From: Lama glama
Lineage: Eukaryota
Assembly (NCBI GenBank): GCA_028534125.1
Contig: CM052817.1
Span: forward strand, 25,050,001-25,114,000
Direction: 5' to 3'
Length of the DNA stretch: 64,000 bases
This document shows positions 49,431 to 61,670 of the stretch, piece after piece. The stretch's first letter is position 1. Every line of letters begins with the position of its first letter. The notes below the pieces were generated by a model. The model had not been told where the DNA came from. It saw only the letters and a program-made list of their open reading frames with translations, and did not search any database. A program made the position numbers and the translations under genes.

Positions 49431-52319
49431 GGTTTCCCTTCTCATCCTTCAGATCCATTCAGCCCCCTTCCCTCTTGTGAACAGACCGAGAGCAGCAGCA
49501 GATACTTGTAAATCAAAAGTAGTTTCTGTCCCTTTCTCTCTGTCAGTTGGTCTACATTTGTCTCTTTGTTATCCTCCCATGATATTGAGAACTCTAGCAT
49601 TCAGGGAATGTCCTTTGGCACAGATCGGCCGGCATTTCATCAAGCACACTGGGCACATCAGAGGGAGCCCTGAACTGGGTTTGGTCTCTGGGCCTGGCTC
49701 TGCCACGGCTTTGTGCGAGATTCTGACCACTGCACTTCCCTCTGTGACGTGGCATGCAAGGATGGTCTCCAAGGATCCTTGCAGATCTGAAATCTGCCAC
49801 CTGAGGTTCTGTCCTTCCTTGGCCTCTGTCCTCTGTCCTCTGGCACTGCTGGCCTACCTTTTCGCAGGAGGCAAGAAGCAGGGGTCAGCTCCATGTTTCG
49901 GGTCTTGGAGGGGCGTCATGTGGTTTCACTGAATTCATAGATGCAAAAGAAGGGGAGGAAAGGCAGACTCTGCTGGTCTTCTACTGGTCCTGCTATTTAT
50001 AGGCTCAAATGCCTCCTGGATCCGCAAGTGCAAATGAAACACGATTCAAGGGTTAGAGTAGGGATTAAGAAGTTTACAGGCTTGAAGAGGGAGCCTGAAT
50101 CCAACTGACTGACCAGTGAAATGATCCCCTGCCTGGAATCCCACTTTGCCTGCAAGTTGGGGTAGGGTGCCCTCCGGGAGACTAACGGATAGGTGTAGCT
50201 CCAGTGCCACCGATGCCCATCAGTCGTGATGAAAAAGGTATCCCCTGAAAGAGAGAGACTGGGCACGAAGAAGAGTTTGAGGACACGTGAATGAATGAAT
50301 GAGGGACACGGCAATTTGCTGCCTGCGAACGTCTTGAGCAATCAAATAGAAAAGGCATTTTGCTCTCGGGAAGCCTTAGGCGCATCTCCCTGTCACCACT
50401 GCGCGTCAGCTTGGTTGTGGCTGCAACGAGGTTACGGGAAGACTTTGATTCTGGGTGCCTGCTAACATCAGCCTTGCCCTCCTTCCTGATTTTACCACAG
50501 TTCCCCTTCAGGAAATTACTTGCACGTGGTTGATACACGACCCGTTCTGGGCTAAGAAAATAGCTGCCAGGACCCAGCTGGCCACACAATGAGCTGTGAC
50601 TGGAAAAGAACAGGGAAGAGCTAAGACCTGAAGCTGCAGTGGGGGTGAGCCTCCGCCCAACGGAGGGTGCCGAGCGCTCTCGGCTTCCTCAGCAAGTTTG
50701 GGGTGGAAGGCCTCCACCTGCGTGGCTGAGCAGGTGGTCTCCCTGCCGCAGATCTATTAGCTCTGGGCTCACTCTGTCGAGGGGGCAGCGCGACAGACAT
50801 GCTGCCAGGGAGGGGCCCGCAGAGCCAGCAGGAGAGGGCGCGGGGCTGCTGAGCCATCAGGAGCCAAGGGACGGTGACGCCGAATTCAGAGGAAAGGGGC
50901 ATCTGGGGGAGCCGCTCTGCACTGTCCTCAGTTCACTTTTTTTCCTAGAAGGGAGAAAATTTGCTCAGCCACAGATCATCTGCAGTTCAAAGAGCAGGAG
51001 GCAAACTGAGTTGAAGACATACGTTGTGTCGGGGAGTGTGCACAGTATCCATGCCCAGATAACGTCCCCGCTCCCAGGGGAAGCTGTCCCACACATCTGA
51101 GAGCTTTTCAGTGACATGGGTCCTGTGATGCCAGCACTTTTCCGTCTTCCCCCTTCCTATTTCCCCTTCCACGGGCTGCATGTGTCACTTCAACTCCAGG
51201 CAGCCATCTGGAACCTTCCCTACTAGATAATATCTCCACTTCAAATTAAACTAGCTCTTTCCTACTTGTTCGGAGCCCTGGTATCAGGCAGTAAGAGGTG
51301 ACGATTTCCTGGGGTTTTTCAATTACCCCGCCCCCGACCCTTCAAGATAAAGGCTAATCACGGGGGTTGGGGGGAGAGGGGGCAATGAAAACAACACACA
51401 ATCTGATGAGAAACGAGGGATGGATCACATGGAACCCATAGAGGCTGGCTGAGACTTCAATTTTCTTACTGTAATGAAAACTGCATTTCCATTAATGGCT
51501 GCTGTAGAAATTACTTACCCAGAGCCACCTCTGTTAGCATCACCCGGCGGGTCATGTGCGAGACCAGTTCCCCCAGGGATGGCTGCAGGAGCCATTACTC
51601 ACTGGCAGCCTCCACACAGTCCCGAGGATGCTGCCAGAGAGCAAAGGCGGCCCTTTGGTGCGTGTGAGGTAGGCGGCACCAGGGCAAAATATCGTGGTGA
51701 TTTTAAAATGTTTCCTTCTCCCACCCTTTTGCTATGACCTTTCCCTGTTGGATTTGAATTCATGATTTTCTGCATGTGTTCTGCAGGATGCCAAACGTAG
51801 GTTAATGATAATACATAACAAACAGTGTGATGTTCCAGGTGCCTGCTGTGTGCCCAGCAGTGAAATGAGTGCTTCATTTACATTATCCTTCAGAACTTCA
51901 GTAATCTCTGTGCCGGACATTGTCCTCCAGTACCTATTCTTCTCTTCTTCCTTAATTATTTAACTCTTCCTTTTTTCAGACGAGGCATATGACTTCCTGC
52001 AATAAGACCACAGAGCCCAGCTTTTCTTGTAGCTGTGTATACCCATGCGGTCATTGGGATGTAAACAGAAGTGCTGTGTGCGGTTTTTAGGGAGCATCCG
52101 TAACCAGGAGGGGCATGCTCCTTGTTGCCTCTTCCTTTCTCTGCCGACTGGAATGTGGACATGATGGCTGGATGTAAACAGCCATGTTAGACCAGGAGGT
52201 AGAAACCACTTGTCAACAATGGTAAAGCAACAAAAAGGAGCTGCAGTCCCTGATAATTGTGAGAAAAAATTTGGAGTTTTTATGGTCACCTCTTGTCCTA
52301 CCAGAAACACCCTGCAAGG

Positions 52320-52710
52320 AGGTAGTAGAACGATGTGTTGGAGAGTGTGGGCTTTGGGGTCAGACACACCTGGTTAAAATCCTGCCTCTTCCACATTTGC
52401 CAGCCTTGACTTTAGGCAATTTACTTAACTGCCCTCTGTCTGACTCTTCATCTGTAAAATCAGTGTAAATAAAACCTCAGGGGATTTGGGGACAAATTAA
52501 ATTACAAAATATGCTTAAAATTTTCAGCATAGTGCCTGGCACAAGGTAAGTGCATGAAAAATGGTAGATATAGTTATTCTCATAGTATAGATGAGGAAAA
52601 TCTCATCAGACCTCAGAGAACAAACTTCAGAGAAGTAACTTCCCCAAGGCCATGCAGATAAATAATTTAGAGAGTTAAACTCAGAAGCCCCCAGACCTGT
52701 AATTTTCCCT
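52320..52710. mobile_element. Two adjacent MIRs in opposite orientation
   Basis: Plus copy tgactttaggcaatttacttaac...catctgtaaaat...gtgcctggcacaaggtaagtgc, then minus copy tatagatgaggaaaa...aagtaacttccccaaggcca. Confidence 0.7.
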
Positions 52711-53744
52711 GACACTGACCACCGTGGATGCCTAGATGAAAAACAAGGGAAAAAGTTAATTCTTCCTCTACTTGCTCGTTGACACATCTAAACACACACA
52801 CACATACACACATATGTGGCTCAGCTCATTCTTTGAATGGAAAATTATTATTTCTTACAAACGAATCTGCTGAAATGGGAACATTGATTTATTTGAACTA
52901 CTATGTGCCAATATTGGAAACTCAGTTCAAAGTTTCCGACAAGCTGTGCTGTGGTCTGCTGACCCCCAGGGCCACCAGCTGGCGATCAGCGTGTGTCATT
53001 ATCACACTCTGCATTTCCTTGCACTCCGAGCTCACTTGTTAACCTGCAGATGAGTTGAACTCAGAGATCCCAGTTCTCAGTGTTGCTAGTCTGTGCCGGT
53101 CAATGCTGGCCTTCCTACCCAGGCTTTCTGTGAGACCAGGGCGGAGGTTTCAATGGGATTGTTTTACAGCAACTGGGGGCTTGCAATGACCAGGGTGAGC
53201 CCAGTGGTTTGTACGTCGAGGCTGATGATGTAAGGAGGCTGTGAGCGTCATGCAGGAAGGGACCGTGTCCGTCTTGTTCCCTGATGTGTCCTTGCCCAGA
53301 AGGGCGTGGTCACTATGCAGTGAATGAACTCTGAATGAGAGCCCCAGGGTCACCCTGGAACAAACAGTCAGGGATAAATTAAGCCACTGTATTGATGCTT
53401 AGAGGACTTCCCTTTGGGGTCGGGTATGGGGGGATCTCATGTGATGCTCACAGATTTGCCCCCCAGCCTCCAATCCCACTGTTCTGATAGCGCCCCATCT
53501 TCCTCTTAGGCAGCTTCGTATCATGGGCTGTTTTTTTGGAAGAGGGGCATTGGTGGAGGACGTGCTTGCCTCTTAGAAACCAAAGAGACCAGATCCTCTC
53601 TCTGGGAACTTCAAATCTGAACTGCGCAAGGATGGGGGAAGGCTGGAGGCCATTCCCTGCAGGGCCGGGGGCGTGAGACCGCACGGCCCCACTTGGAGCC
53701 TGGCAGTGTTTCCCTCAGCCCACTCTCCCACCCCAGACTCTGAC

Positions 53745-54275
53745 CTCCCACGAGCTCTGATGTGCCCTAGAGTCTCTGAATAATCTCCAGCCCCTTCATT
53801 TCTTTTCAAAGAAAATTGCAAGAGGGATTTCACTGCTAATCTTTGTCCTCACTGATAGGCCTAAAGATTATTTGGGAAATTTCCAAAGAGCATTTTAGGA
53901 GCAGGAGAGAGAAGTTGTAGAGTCAAGGCCAGTATTTTTCAGTTTGAAATATGGAAACTGAAGTAATTGGAGAAGGTGATAGTGAATGTTTCTGAAATGA
54001 TTACTAGGATCAACTATTTGGCAGCGAAAAAGTCGGAGAGCAGGGAGTTGACGGCTAGATCCGTGGTTACATATGGTGCCAGCACCTAGTTTTACAGTCG
54101 CTGACGTGTTTTCCTCATCAGCAAAGAATGTCTGTTGGCAGGTCTCTCCCCGGCCCTCGCAGACCGGCTGTAGCCGCGCGGCCTCTTCACGGGTCGTGAT
54201 GAGCCTGGGTCGTCGTCACAAGTCTGAAATTGTGGATGTGGCGGTGGCTGTTTCTGCACAGAAAACACTAGAATC
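53745..54275 (-). pseudogene. Putative pseudo-exon, N-terminal extracellular (Cache-like) region
   Basis: Acceptor ttttccatccctttctag|GAT and donor GAG|gtcaga. Long, nearly open reading with DLAVNSLLSDFF and AYQ*GQRLAVKSL; locally CpG-rich. Confidence 0.45.
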
Positions 54276-54540
54276 CTAGAAAGGGATGGAAAAACTATCA
54301 ACTGTGATCTTGCACTTTGATCCAACAGAATTAAGACAGCGGGTCCTTAGGGTTTTCCACGTCCACAAAAGGACTCAGGCCCCCATATTTTACACGAGGA
54401 GTGCTCTTTTTCTCTGGAAAGGATGCACTTTCATTGTTTAAATTGAATCAGAAAATATTCCTATTGTGTTTTATGATTTTTTTGTCTTTATGCCATGAAA
54501 ATGGTCATTTTGAGAATCCAGTTTCATATGCCAACTTAAT

Positions 54541-54630
54541 TTTTTAATATTATTTTTATTTATTTATTTTGAACCCAGGACCTCATGCATGCTCAGCATG
54601 TGCTCTACCATTGAGCTATACCCTCCCACC
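54541..54630 (-). mobile_element. tRNA-Ala-derived SINE, camelid Vic-1-like, internally deleted
   Basis: Minus strand reads gggagggtatagctcaatggtagagcacatgctgagcatgcatgaggtcctgggttcaa plus an A-rich tail; A and B boxes visible; degenerate TSD. Confidence 0.8.
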
Positions 54631-55994
54631 TCATGCTGACTTTAATAGCATAATTTCCATTGGAGTGATTGGCACCCTTCTTCCTTATTTTTGTTAAACC
54701 TACTGAAAAAAAAAAAGACAAAGGAGAAAGGCAGGTGGAGACCAAAATATCATCTCTCCGACTGGTAAGACTGATGTGAACGTGGAATATGTCTGTGGGC
54801 AAGTGGACTTCCTCATCCTGAGGCCAAGTATTGGCAGGACTGCCCATTTGGCCAGCGCAGGGTAGGACCACCGTGAGCCTCCATACAGGGCAAGGGTGGA
54901 GTCAGGCTTTACTGCTTTGCCTCCCATGGGTGTGAAAGCCACCTAGAGCATGTCTTCTCTGCTATTTCCTAAAACGAAGAGGAGACAGGAAGGGGCCAGG
55001 CTGTGCATGTCCAGTTTCTCCTCACAGACTCACTAATCAGGGCAGTCCCTCCACCGTCCTGTCCTGGGGAGGGCTGGGTGAGGGCTGCAGGAAGACCGCT
55101 GTGCTGATGGGGCCACACCACACGGAAGGGAGCACCTTTGTGGGAAGGCATTCCTTCTCTCCAAAGTCTTCAGTGCCGACGACTATTACAGCAGGCAGCT
55201 TCTACTCATTAGCTTTGGTTTCTATTCCTCTCCCCTCCTCACTGCCCCTTGAGCGATCTAATTTGAGCAAGAGAGAAAAACTGCACAGTAGAAAGAGCGC
55301 TGGACCGGGTGTCAGGAGACCTGGGTCCTGGCTGGGGCTGCACATCAGAGCTGGGTGCATCGGCACATCAGCTCTCTGGGCCTTGTTTTCCTGTAGTCTT
55401 TGTCTGCAGTCTGAGGGTGTGGGTAAGCTCCTCCCTAAGCAAGTTCTACGGTCTGGGTCCCATGCCTCTCCTTCTGGGACCCTTGCCTCTCCTGAATAAG
55501 CAACTTCTTTCTTCTCAGCTTGGTCCCTTCTGTAGGCTTTTAGCCATCGGTGGGTCTTTCCCACTTAAACACAATATCCTCACTTATCTTACCCTCTCCA
55601 GCAATTTCCGTATCTCTGAACACGTATCTCTGTAGAAAAACTTCTTTAAGATGTTGCTAGAATGTACCACCTCCTCTCATCCACCCTTCAGAGCAGCCTG
55701 GCTTCCGGCTTCTGGCCGTAGGATGCCCCCACATGACTCTAAGTGGCCAATGACCTTCATGCAGCTCAGTCCAGTGGACACGTTTGTTCTTGCTGCACTT
55801 GATTTCTCAGCATTAATTGATACTGCTGACCATTCCCTGCTTTTCAGAAAACTCATTTCCCTTCATTTCCCTGACACAACACTTGCTTACTGCCTCTGAA
55901 GGCACGTTTTCTTCTAGTCAGCTATGTCCTGGAGTTCTGCAATATCCTTGGTCCTCTGTAGTTTTCACTGTATTCTTCCTCAGTGAAAGAGTGA

Positions 55995-56285
55995 TTAGAC
56001 AATTTATGTATTCAGTCAACACATTTTTATGAGCACCTCTTATGTGGTAAGCACTCTCCTAGGCAGGGAGAAGTCTACAGTGGGAAAACCCCCAAATTCC
56101 CTGCTCTGACTGGGCTTACAATATAGTGGGGCAAGAGACTCAATAAATAAATAAGCAAATAAATATGTATCAACCGTAATAAGTTCTATGAAAAAATAAA
56201 TCAGGGTGAGGGAATAAGTGTGCATGTGGAGGGAGTGAAGCTGTATTTACATAGAAGGGTCAGACTCTTGAAAGAAATGAGTGAA
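55995..56285 (-). mobile_element. L2 fragment
   Basis: attcagtcaacacatttttatgagcacctcttatgtg...ggcttacaatatagtgggg...aagttctatgaaaaaataaatcaggg. Confidence 0.7.
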
Positions 56286-56287
56286 GA

Positions 56288-56720
56288 ATTTTGGTATCGG
56301 AGTAGTTAACACTGGCGTCAGAGAATTAATGAGTTAGAAAGAGTATCCTCCTCTTCTATTTTTCGGAAGAGTTTGAGAAAGATTGGTGTTCGTTTTTCTT
56401 GACGTGTTTAATAGAATTCACCCGTGAAGATATCCAGTCCCAGACGTTTTATGTTGGGAGTGTTCTGACTCAGTCTCCTTACGTGCTGTGGGTCTGTGTG
56501 GTTTTCGATTTCTTCTCGAGTCAGTTTAAGCAACTGGTGTGCTGTGTTTCTGAGAACTTGCTGTCCCGTCTAGGTTATCTGACTTGGTGGTGTGAGTTTG
56601 TTCACAGTATTCTCTTCTAATCCTTTTCATTTCTTTAAGGTTGGTTGTAATAACTTCACTTTCATTTCATTTCATTTCAGTTTTTTCTTTGTCAGTCTAG
56701 CTAAAGGCTTGTCTGTTTTT
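56288..56720 (-). mobile_element. L1M ORF2 fragment
   Basis: ttttggtatc...atgagttagaaag...tcctcttctatttttcggaagagtttgagaaagattggt...tagaattcacccgtgaa...gtcagtctagctaaagg. Confidence 0.75.
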
Positions 56721-56784
56721 GACACGAGTGATTGAGCCATGGAGTTCCCTAGTGGCAGAACCTTCCAGGCAGGATGGCATATAG

Positions 56785-57010
56785 CACCAGCTAACACTTA
56801 CTGAGAACTTCCCATGCACCAGGCATTCATTTCAAGTGTTTTACCCAGGTGGTATGTGTAGCAATTATTATTATTATTTGTATTATTATTCTTACTTTTC
56901 AGGTTCTTGCCAGGGCACAGAGAGGCGAATGATCTTGCCCCCGATCCCTTGGCTGGTGGGGGCAGAGCCTTTACTAAAGTCAATAGCCTGACTTCAGGGC
57001 CTGTCTTCAC
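56785..57010 (-). mobile_element. MIR
   Basis: agctaacacttactgagaacttcccatgcaccaggca...ggcacagagaggcgaatgatcttgccc. Confidence 0.65.
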
Positions 57011-60000
57011 TTCTGCAATTTTACCTTTCATGGTCTGGGAGTTCAGTGAAAAGAATTATTATTGTAACTAATATTAAAACAAAGACAACAAAACAGAACA
57101 TCATCTTATAGCCTTCAGTATAGCATTTTTTCTTTTTTAGAAATATACAAAAAATGTGTCATTTCCAGCTTGGAGTAAGAAATGATACCATCATTTTACA
57201 CCTAATTTTATTCCCCAGCTGGTTCCAGGATATTTATAACTTGGGTTGGACCATCTCTGCTACATTTTGGTTTCCTTAAAAATCTTCAGCTATTTTCCAA
57301 TATATGTCATTTTATAAAATGTATATTTTCCAAGTATTTTTTTCCTTCCTAGGGAAACAAAAGCCTGTGTTAATAGCACGCAATCCATATGCTTCTGATT
57401 TTCTTGTACTCAAATCTCAAACATATTCCTTGATAAGAGCCGTTTTATTCCTCTTCAAACTCTCTTGAATAAGGATTTCTTAACATTTCCTTCCTCTAGA
57501 ACACTGAGTGGTATTTTGCTAAGGGAAGGAATACCCTGGTATCACCATCACTGGACTGGTTTAAAACTAGAAGCCAGCATTTCTGAAAGGGCCTTGGGAA
57601 AACATGGGATGATTCAGAACCTCTAGGCAGCTAATGGTACAGGTCAAGGATGCCGATGGCTCCAAAGACACAGAAGAGTTTTTAACTGGCCATTCCTACA
57701 CACCCTGCAGCGGAGCTGTAAGTCTTTTCCCCTTGCATAGAGGGGAAAAAAAAAAGGTGAGTGGGAGAGAAATTTCTCTTGTCAGCTTGAGCTTTAAAAA
57801 GAAGAAGGAAGTATGGGGTGACTGGATGTTTTTAAGCTCAGGCATATGTTAGAGGGGGAGGAAATGAGACTGAGTGAGAAGCAAAGTGCTGACTCTGAGG
57901 ATCCTGCCTGGCCTCCGAATGACCGAGGAATCTCACCAGTTCCTGTAACAAATGCCACAAAATATGCCTTATGCCAAGAGCAAGTTTTGTCAAGGAATCA
58001 CTGGCATTGAGTGAAGTTAGCAGAATTAGGAGTGATGCCAACCAGGGCTCCTCTGTAAGATGAGAACTCAATTTCCCTTTATCTGCCCATCTATCCACCT
58101 CCCCGTCCACCCATCCACCCATCCACCCGCCCATCCATCCTTCCATCCAAGCTAGAAAAGCTAAAGAAGGCAGGCAGGAAGGATAGAGGGAAATGGACAT
58201 AAAATTTTATGGATTACTTGCTGTGCCAATAATGACAAACAGGCTTAATCTCAGGACAATGCTGATTGATTGGTAGTGGCGAGGCCTGGAATGCTGTTAA
58301 GAAGGATTCTGAGGTCCAGTCTGCCTTCTATAGCAAAGAGTGTTGGGTTAGGTTCAGAGATACCCAGTTTGGTCATGATTGTGATGAGTGTCAGTGGTCA
58401 CACACATCCTCAGAATCACCACATGGTGTCACGCTCCCTGCACAGGGCTGGTTGGATGGAGGAGACAAAGGAAGGTTTAGCTTGACACCCACACCCCAAC
58501 CCCAAGCCACCATCTCTCATCTGCAAAACAGAATAAAAACTCCTACCTTGCAGGATGTCAGTGAAGATTAAGCGGGACATAAAGGGCCTAACTTGTAGTA
58601 ACACTACCTAAATGGTTTTTCTTTTGATAAAAATGCCCTTGGCTTTACATTGGATAATGGCTTTCTAGAATATTCCCAGATATAAATTTGGGATAGTTCT
58701 CCCTTTTCGCATGTGGGCTCTTGTGTTCTTCACAGAAGTGACCAGTAATTCTGAGAAGTGGACAAGAGAAGATCCAATGGCTGCTCCTCAAACAATGACT
58801 CAAAACCCTGAGTCTTTTCTGGGTTTATTTACATTAAAAAAAAAAATCCTTTGCCTCATTGAGAAGAGCTCCTGGGAAGTGGGGGGCTGCGGGGGGTGGA
58901 GGCTGCTGTGGCTTTCTGAGGAAACCCTGCAGGTGAGGCTTTGCCTCCAGAAGGATCCAGAACTCAAGGAGAAGCCCCATTCAGCAGGCCATGGAAGTCC
59001 TCTTTGTTGTTTGAAAATTTTCTCTCGCTTGTGGCAAGTCTAATGATTCAGGAATGATCACAGATGTGTTCGGGCCTGAGGTTTTCCTCGGAGGCTCCCC
59101 TACTTCAGAGCAGGAACCGAACCAGTTGGTGAGGCCGCCCTCCTCCCAGCTCCCTTTTTCTAGTTTCTGCAATGTGTTTGGGACCCGCAGAGCATGGAGT
59201 GGTTGTCCGGCCAGAGATTTTATCAGACTTCTTAGGAATTGAATTCCGGCGGGAGGAAGCAGAGGAATGTTTAAGTTCATGGACAAATGCACTTTGGGGC
59301 ATGCATCAGCTCTCTCTAACCTGCTGTTGAAGTAGGTTCGAAAGAATCAAACGTTTTTCATTTTGGTCCTCACGACGGTAAAGTCGGAGAATCACCAAGA
59401 AGATTCAGGATTTCCAGACCTGGCCGGGGGGCAGTGAACACTTCTCGCCTCTGAATTGCCCCGTGAGTGTGTCCCTCCTCTGTGCTCTGAGCCAGGGAGC
59501 AGCAAAAGGAAGGAAAAGCAGGGCAAGGGGGCACACGCTGTAGCAAGGACTGCTGGGGGCCGGGACGGTGACCTCAGCGCACAGCTGCGGGTGGCCTGCA
59601 GCTGGCCTGGGCGGGGCTCTGGGGGGAGTCCCTGCTCGGCTCAGCTCGGCTCTCTGACATGCTAGTGTCTATCCAAGCCTCACTCCTCATTTAGGAAATG
59701 CAGGCGTGTTGGGGGAGTGTTGTTCATTCGTTTACGGATCTATTTATTCATCCACCTAACCCTGTTTTTGGACACACTGACTCTATGTCAGGTGCTGGGG
59801 CTATGGAAACAAATAGGACTGGGTTCCCGCCCTCCCGGGCTCCCAGGCTGGTGGGCAAGACAGGTCAATATGCAAATCAATCTAGAAAAGTCATCTGCAG
59901 GGCAATGGGAGTGTGTAAAGGTCCTAGCCCCACCTCCCCACCCCCACGGAAATGTTGAGAAATCTGATCTCGAAGGATGGGTAAAGGATGCCAAGGGGGT

Positions 60001-61499
60001 GGAAGGCTGTTCCAGAGGAAAGTCTGGGGTTTGCGAAAGAGAACAATGGCCTGAGATCAATGGCAAGGTTGAAAGAGATTCTCAGCAGGGAATGAAAGTT
60101 AAGGAAGGCAGCGTGGACCGACTACCCAGTTCGCAACCTCCAGCTGAGATTGCAGTTGAGCAAGAGGGAGGAAGTTTTCCTATGAACTTTGAGAAACACT
60201 TGCATCTTTGTATCAGGCCCACCCAAGACTGTTTATAGACCACAGATCAGGCGGCTGATACTTGTTTTACCAGGGCAGATGGGGAAGACACTTCTTGTTG
60301 CTATTTCTTGCATCCACCCTAAAGCCTGAAGATTTTATGAAGACTGCTGCGATTCTTACTCTTCAGGGGGTCAAGGCTCCTTGGAGAATGGAAGAAGCTT
60401 GATAAACCATCTCCCTAGCAAATGTACATAATTTTGCATCAAATTTCAGGGGTTTCCAGAACCAGTTCCCCTTACAAGTCCACTCTTACACTGCAGGTCA
60501 AGAACTCCCCACCTGGCCTCAAGCTGTGGTTCAGGAGACTGGAACGACCCAGTGTAGACACAGAGCTGCATGGAGACCAGTCCAGATAGGGGCATTTGAC
60601 TTGGAGACTCTTGAGTGTAGCTTCCCTATAGCCAGGGCTTTGAAAGGAGATGGAATCCTTTTGCAGAAGGCTTTAGCAGGGCTGATCCTGGGGTGAGGCA
60701 AATGAGGCCTTGGCAGTGGGTGTCGAATGTAAGAGGGTGCCAAAACCTCAGTAATAATGATAATGCAGGTTTAAAAAGTCAAAATGAATGCAAAAGTCCA
60801 TGATGAATGAAATTTTACAATTTTCAGTAAAGTCGGGATGCAATCCTATACTTGCGTGGCCCCGCCCCAGTTGCCTCACCCTCATCTCAGTCCTAGGCTT
60901 TGGAGCCAAGAAATGCATGCACAAAATCTCCAACTTGTATTTGAGCATAGACTTTGAGTTTCTGTAAGTTTGGGCCTGGACATTGCTGAATTATTTCTCA
61001 GAGCTGTCCAGGAACATGCCGGGGCAGCACGAACTTTGCTCCATCTCTCTTTCAGCCACCCTGCTGCCCACCTTGGCCCAAGGAGTACGTGTTGGCAGTG
61101 ACCCAAATGGTCCACCAGGTGGCACTCTTGCTCCAACCAGGTCCCCCTGAAAAGGGACATCTTAGCCAAACCAAAGAGATTTAAACTCGTTGCTGAATTG
61201 TTGCCAGTTGTTTTTTTGAAAGGCTAGAAAGAATCCTGAGCAGGGATTGGCGTGAGCAGAGATGCGGTATGCAGAGGACTGGAGGAGTAGTCTGGAGAGC
61301 CGGGAGCAAGGGAGAGCCTGATTAGGAACAATAGGCTGTGCTGCTCGTTAGCAGGTGAGAAAAATGAGAATTCTACACCCCCCTTTGTTCTCAGACGCAA
61401 TATAAACACACGTGACCGGGGAGAGAGAGGTGGGATTAATGGTTTTCTGTGAGGCACAGCTTGGTGGGAAGAGCTCCCTCACTTGCCAGCAATGTTGGC

Positions 61500-61670
61500 T
61501 CCATCACTTACTGTCTGTGACCTTGGACGAGTGGCTGGACTTTGCAAGCCTGAGATTCTTCATCTTTAATTGGGGATAATTGCAGCCGCTCCCCTCCCCA
61601 ACCCCCCCAAGATTAAAGAAACTGATGGCCATGAGGCTGTTTGCATGGTGCCCGGCACCAAGTGCCTGTT
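61500..61670 (+). mobile_element. MIR
   Basis: cacttactgtctgtgaccttggac...ttcttcatctttaattggggataat...gtgcccggcac. Confidence 0.65.

Larger units (their letters stand above)
30710..54275 (-). pseudogene. Decayed multi-exon class C GPCR pseudogene (GPR158/GPR179/CG31760-like)
   Basis: Colinear remnants, mostly flanked by splice-like sites: Cache-like (54275-53745), EGF-like (~42230-41988), TM1/TM2 (41855-41512), TM3-TM4 (38703-~38380), TM5-TM7 (36702-36507) and tail (31745-~30710). Many stops and frameshifts; aligned by eye. Confidence 0.6.

Noticed and set aside
54570..54627. Functional tRNA-Ala gene
   Set aside because: It lacks the 3' T-stem and acceptor strand, and has an A-rich tail and TSD, so it is a SINE.
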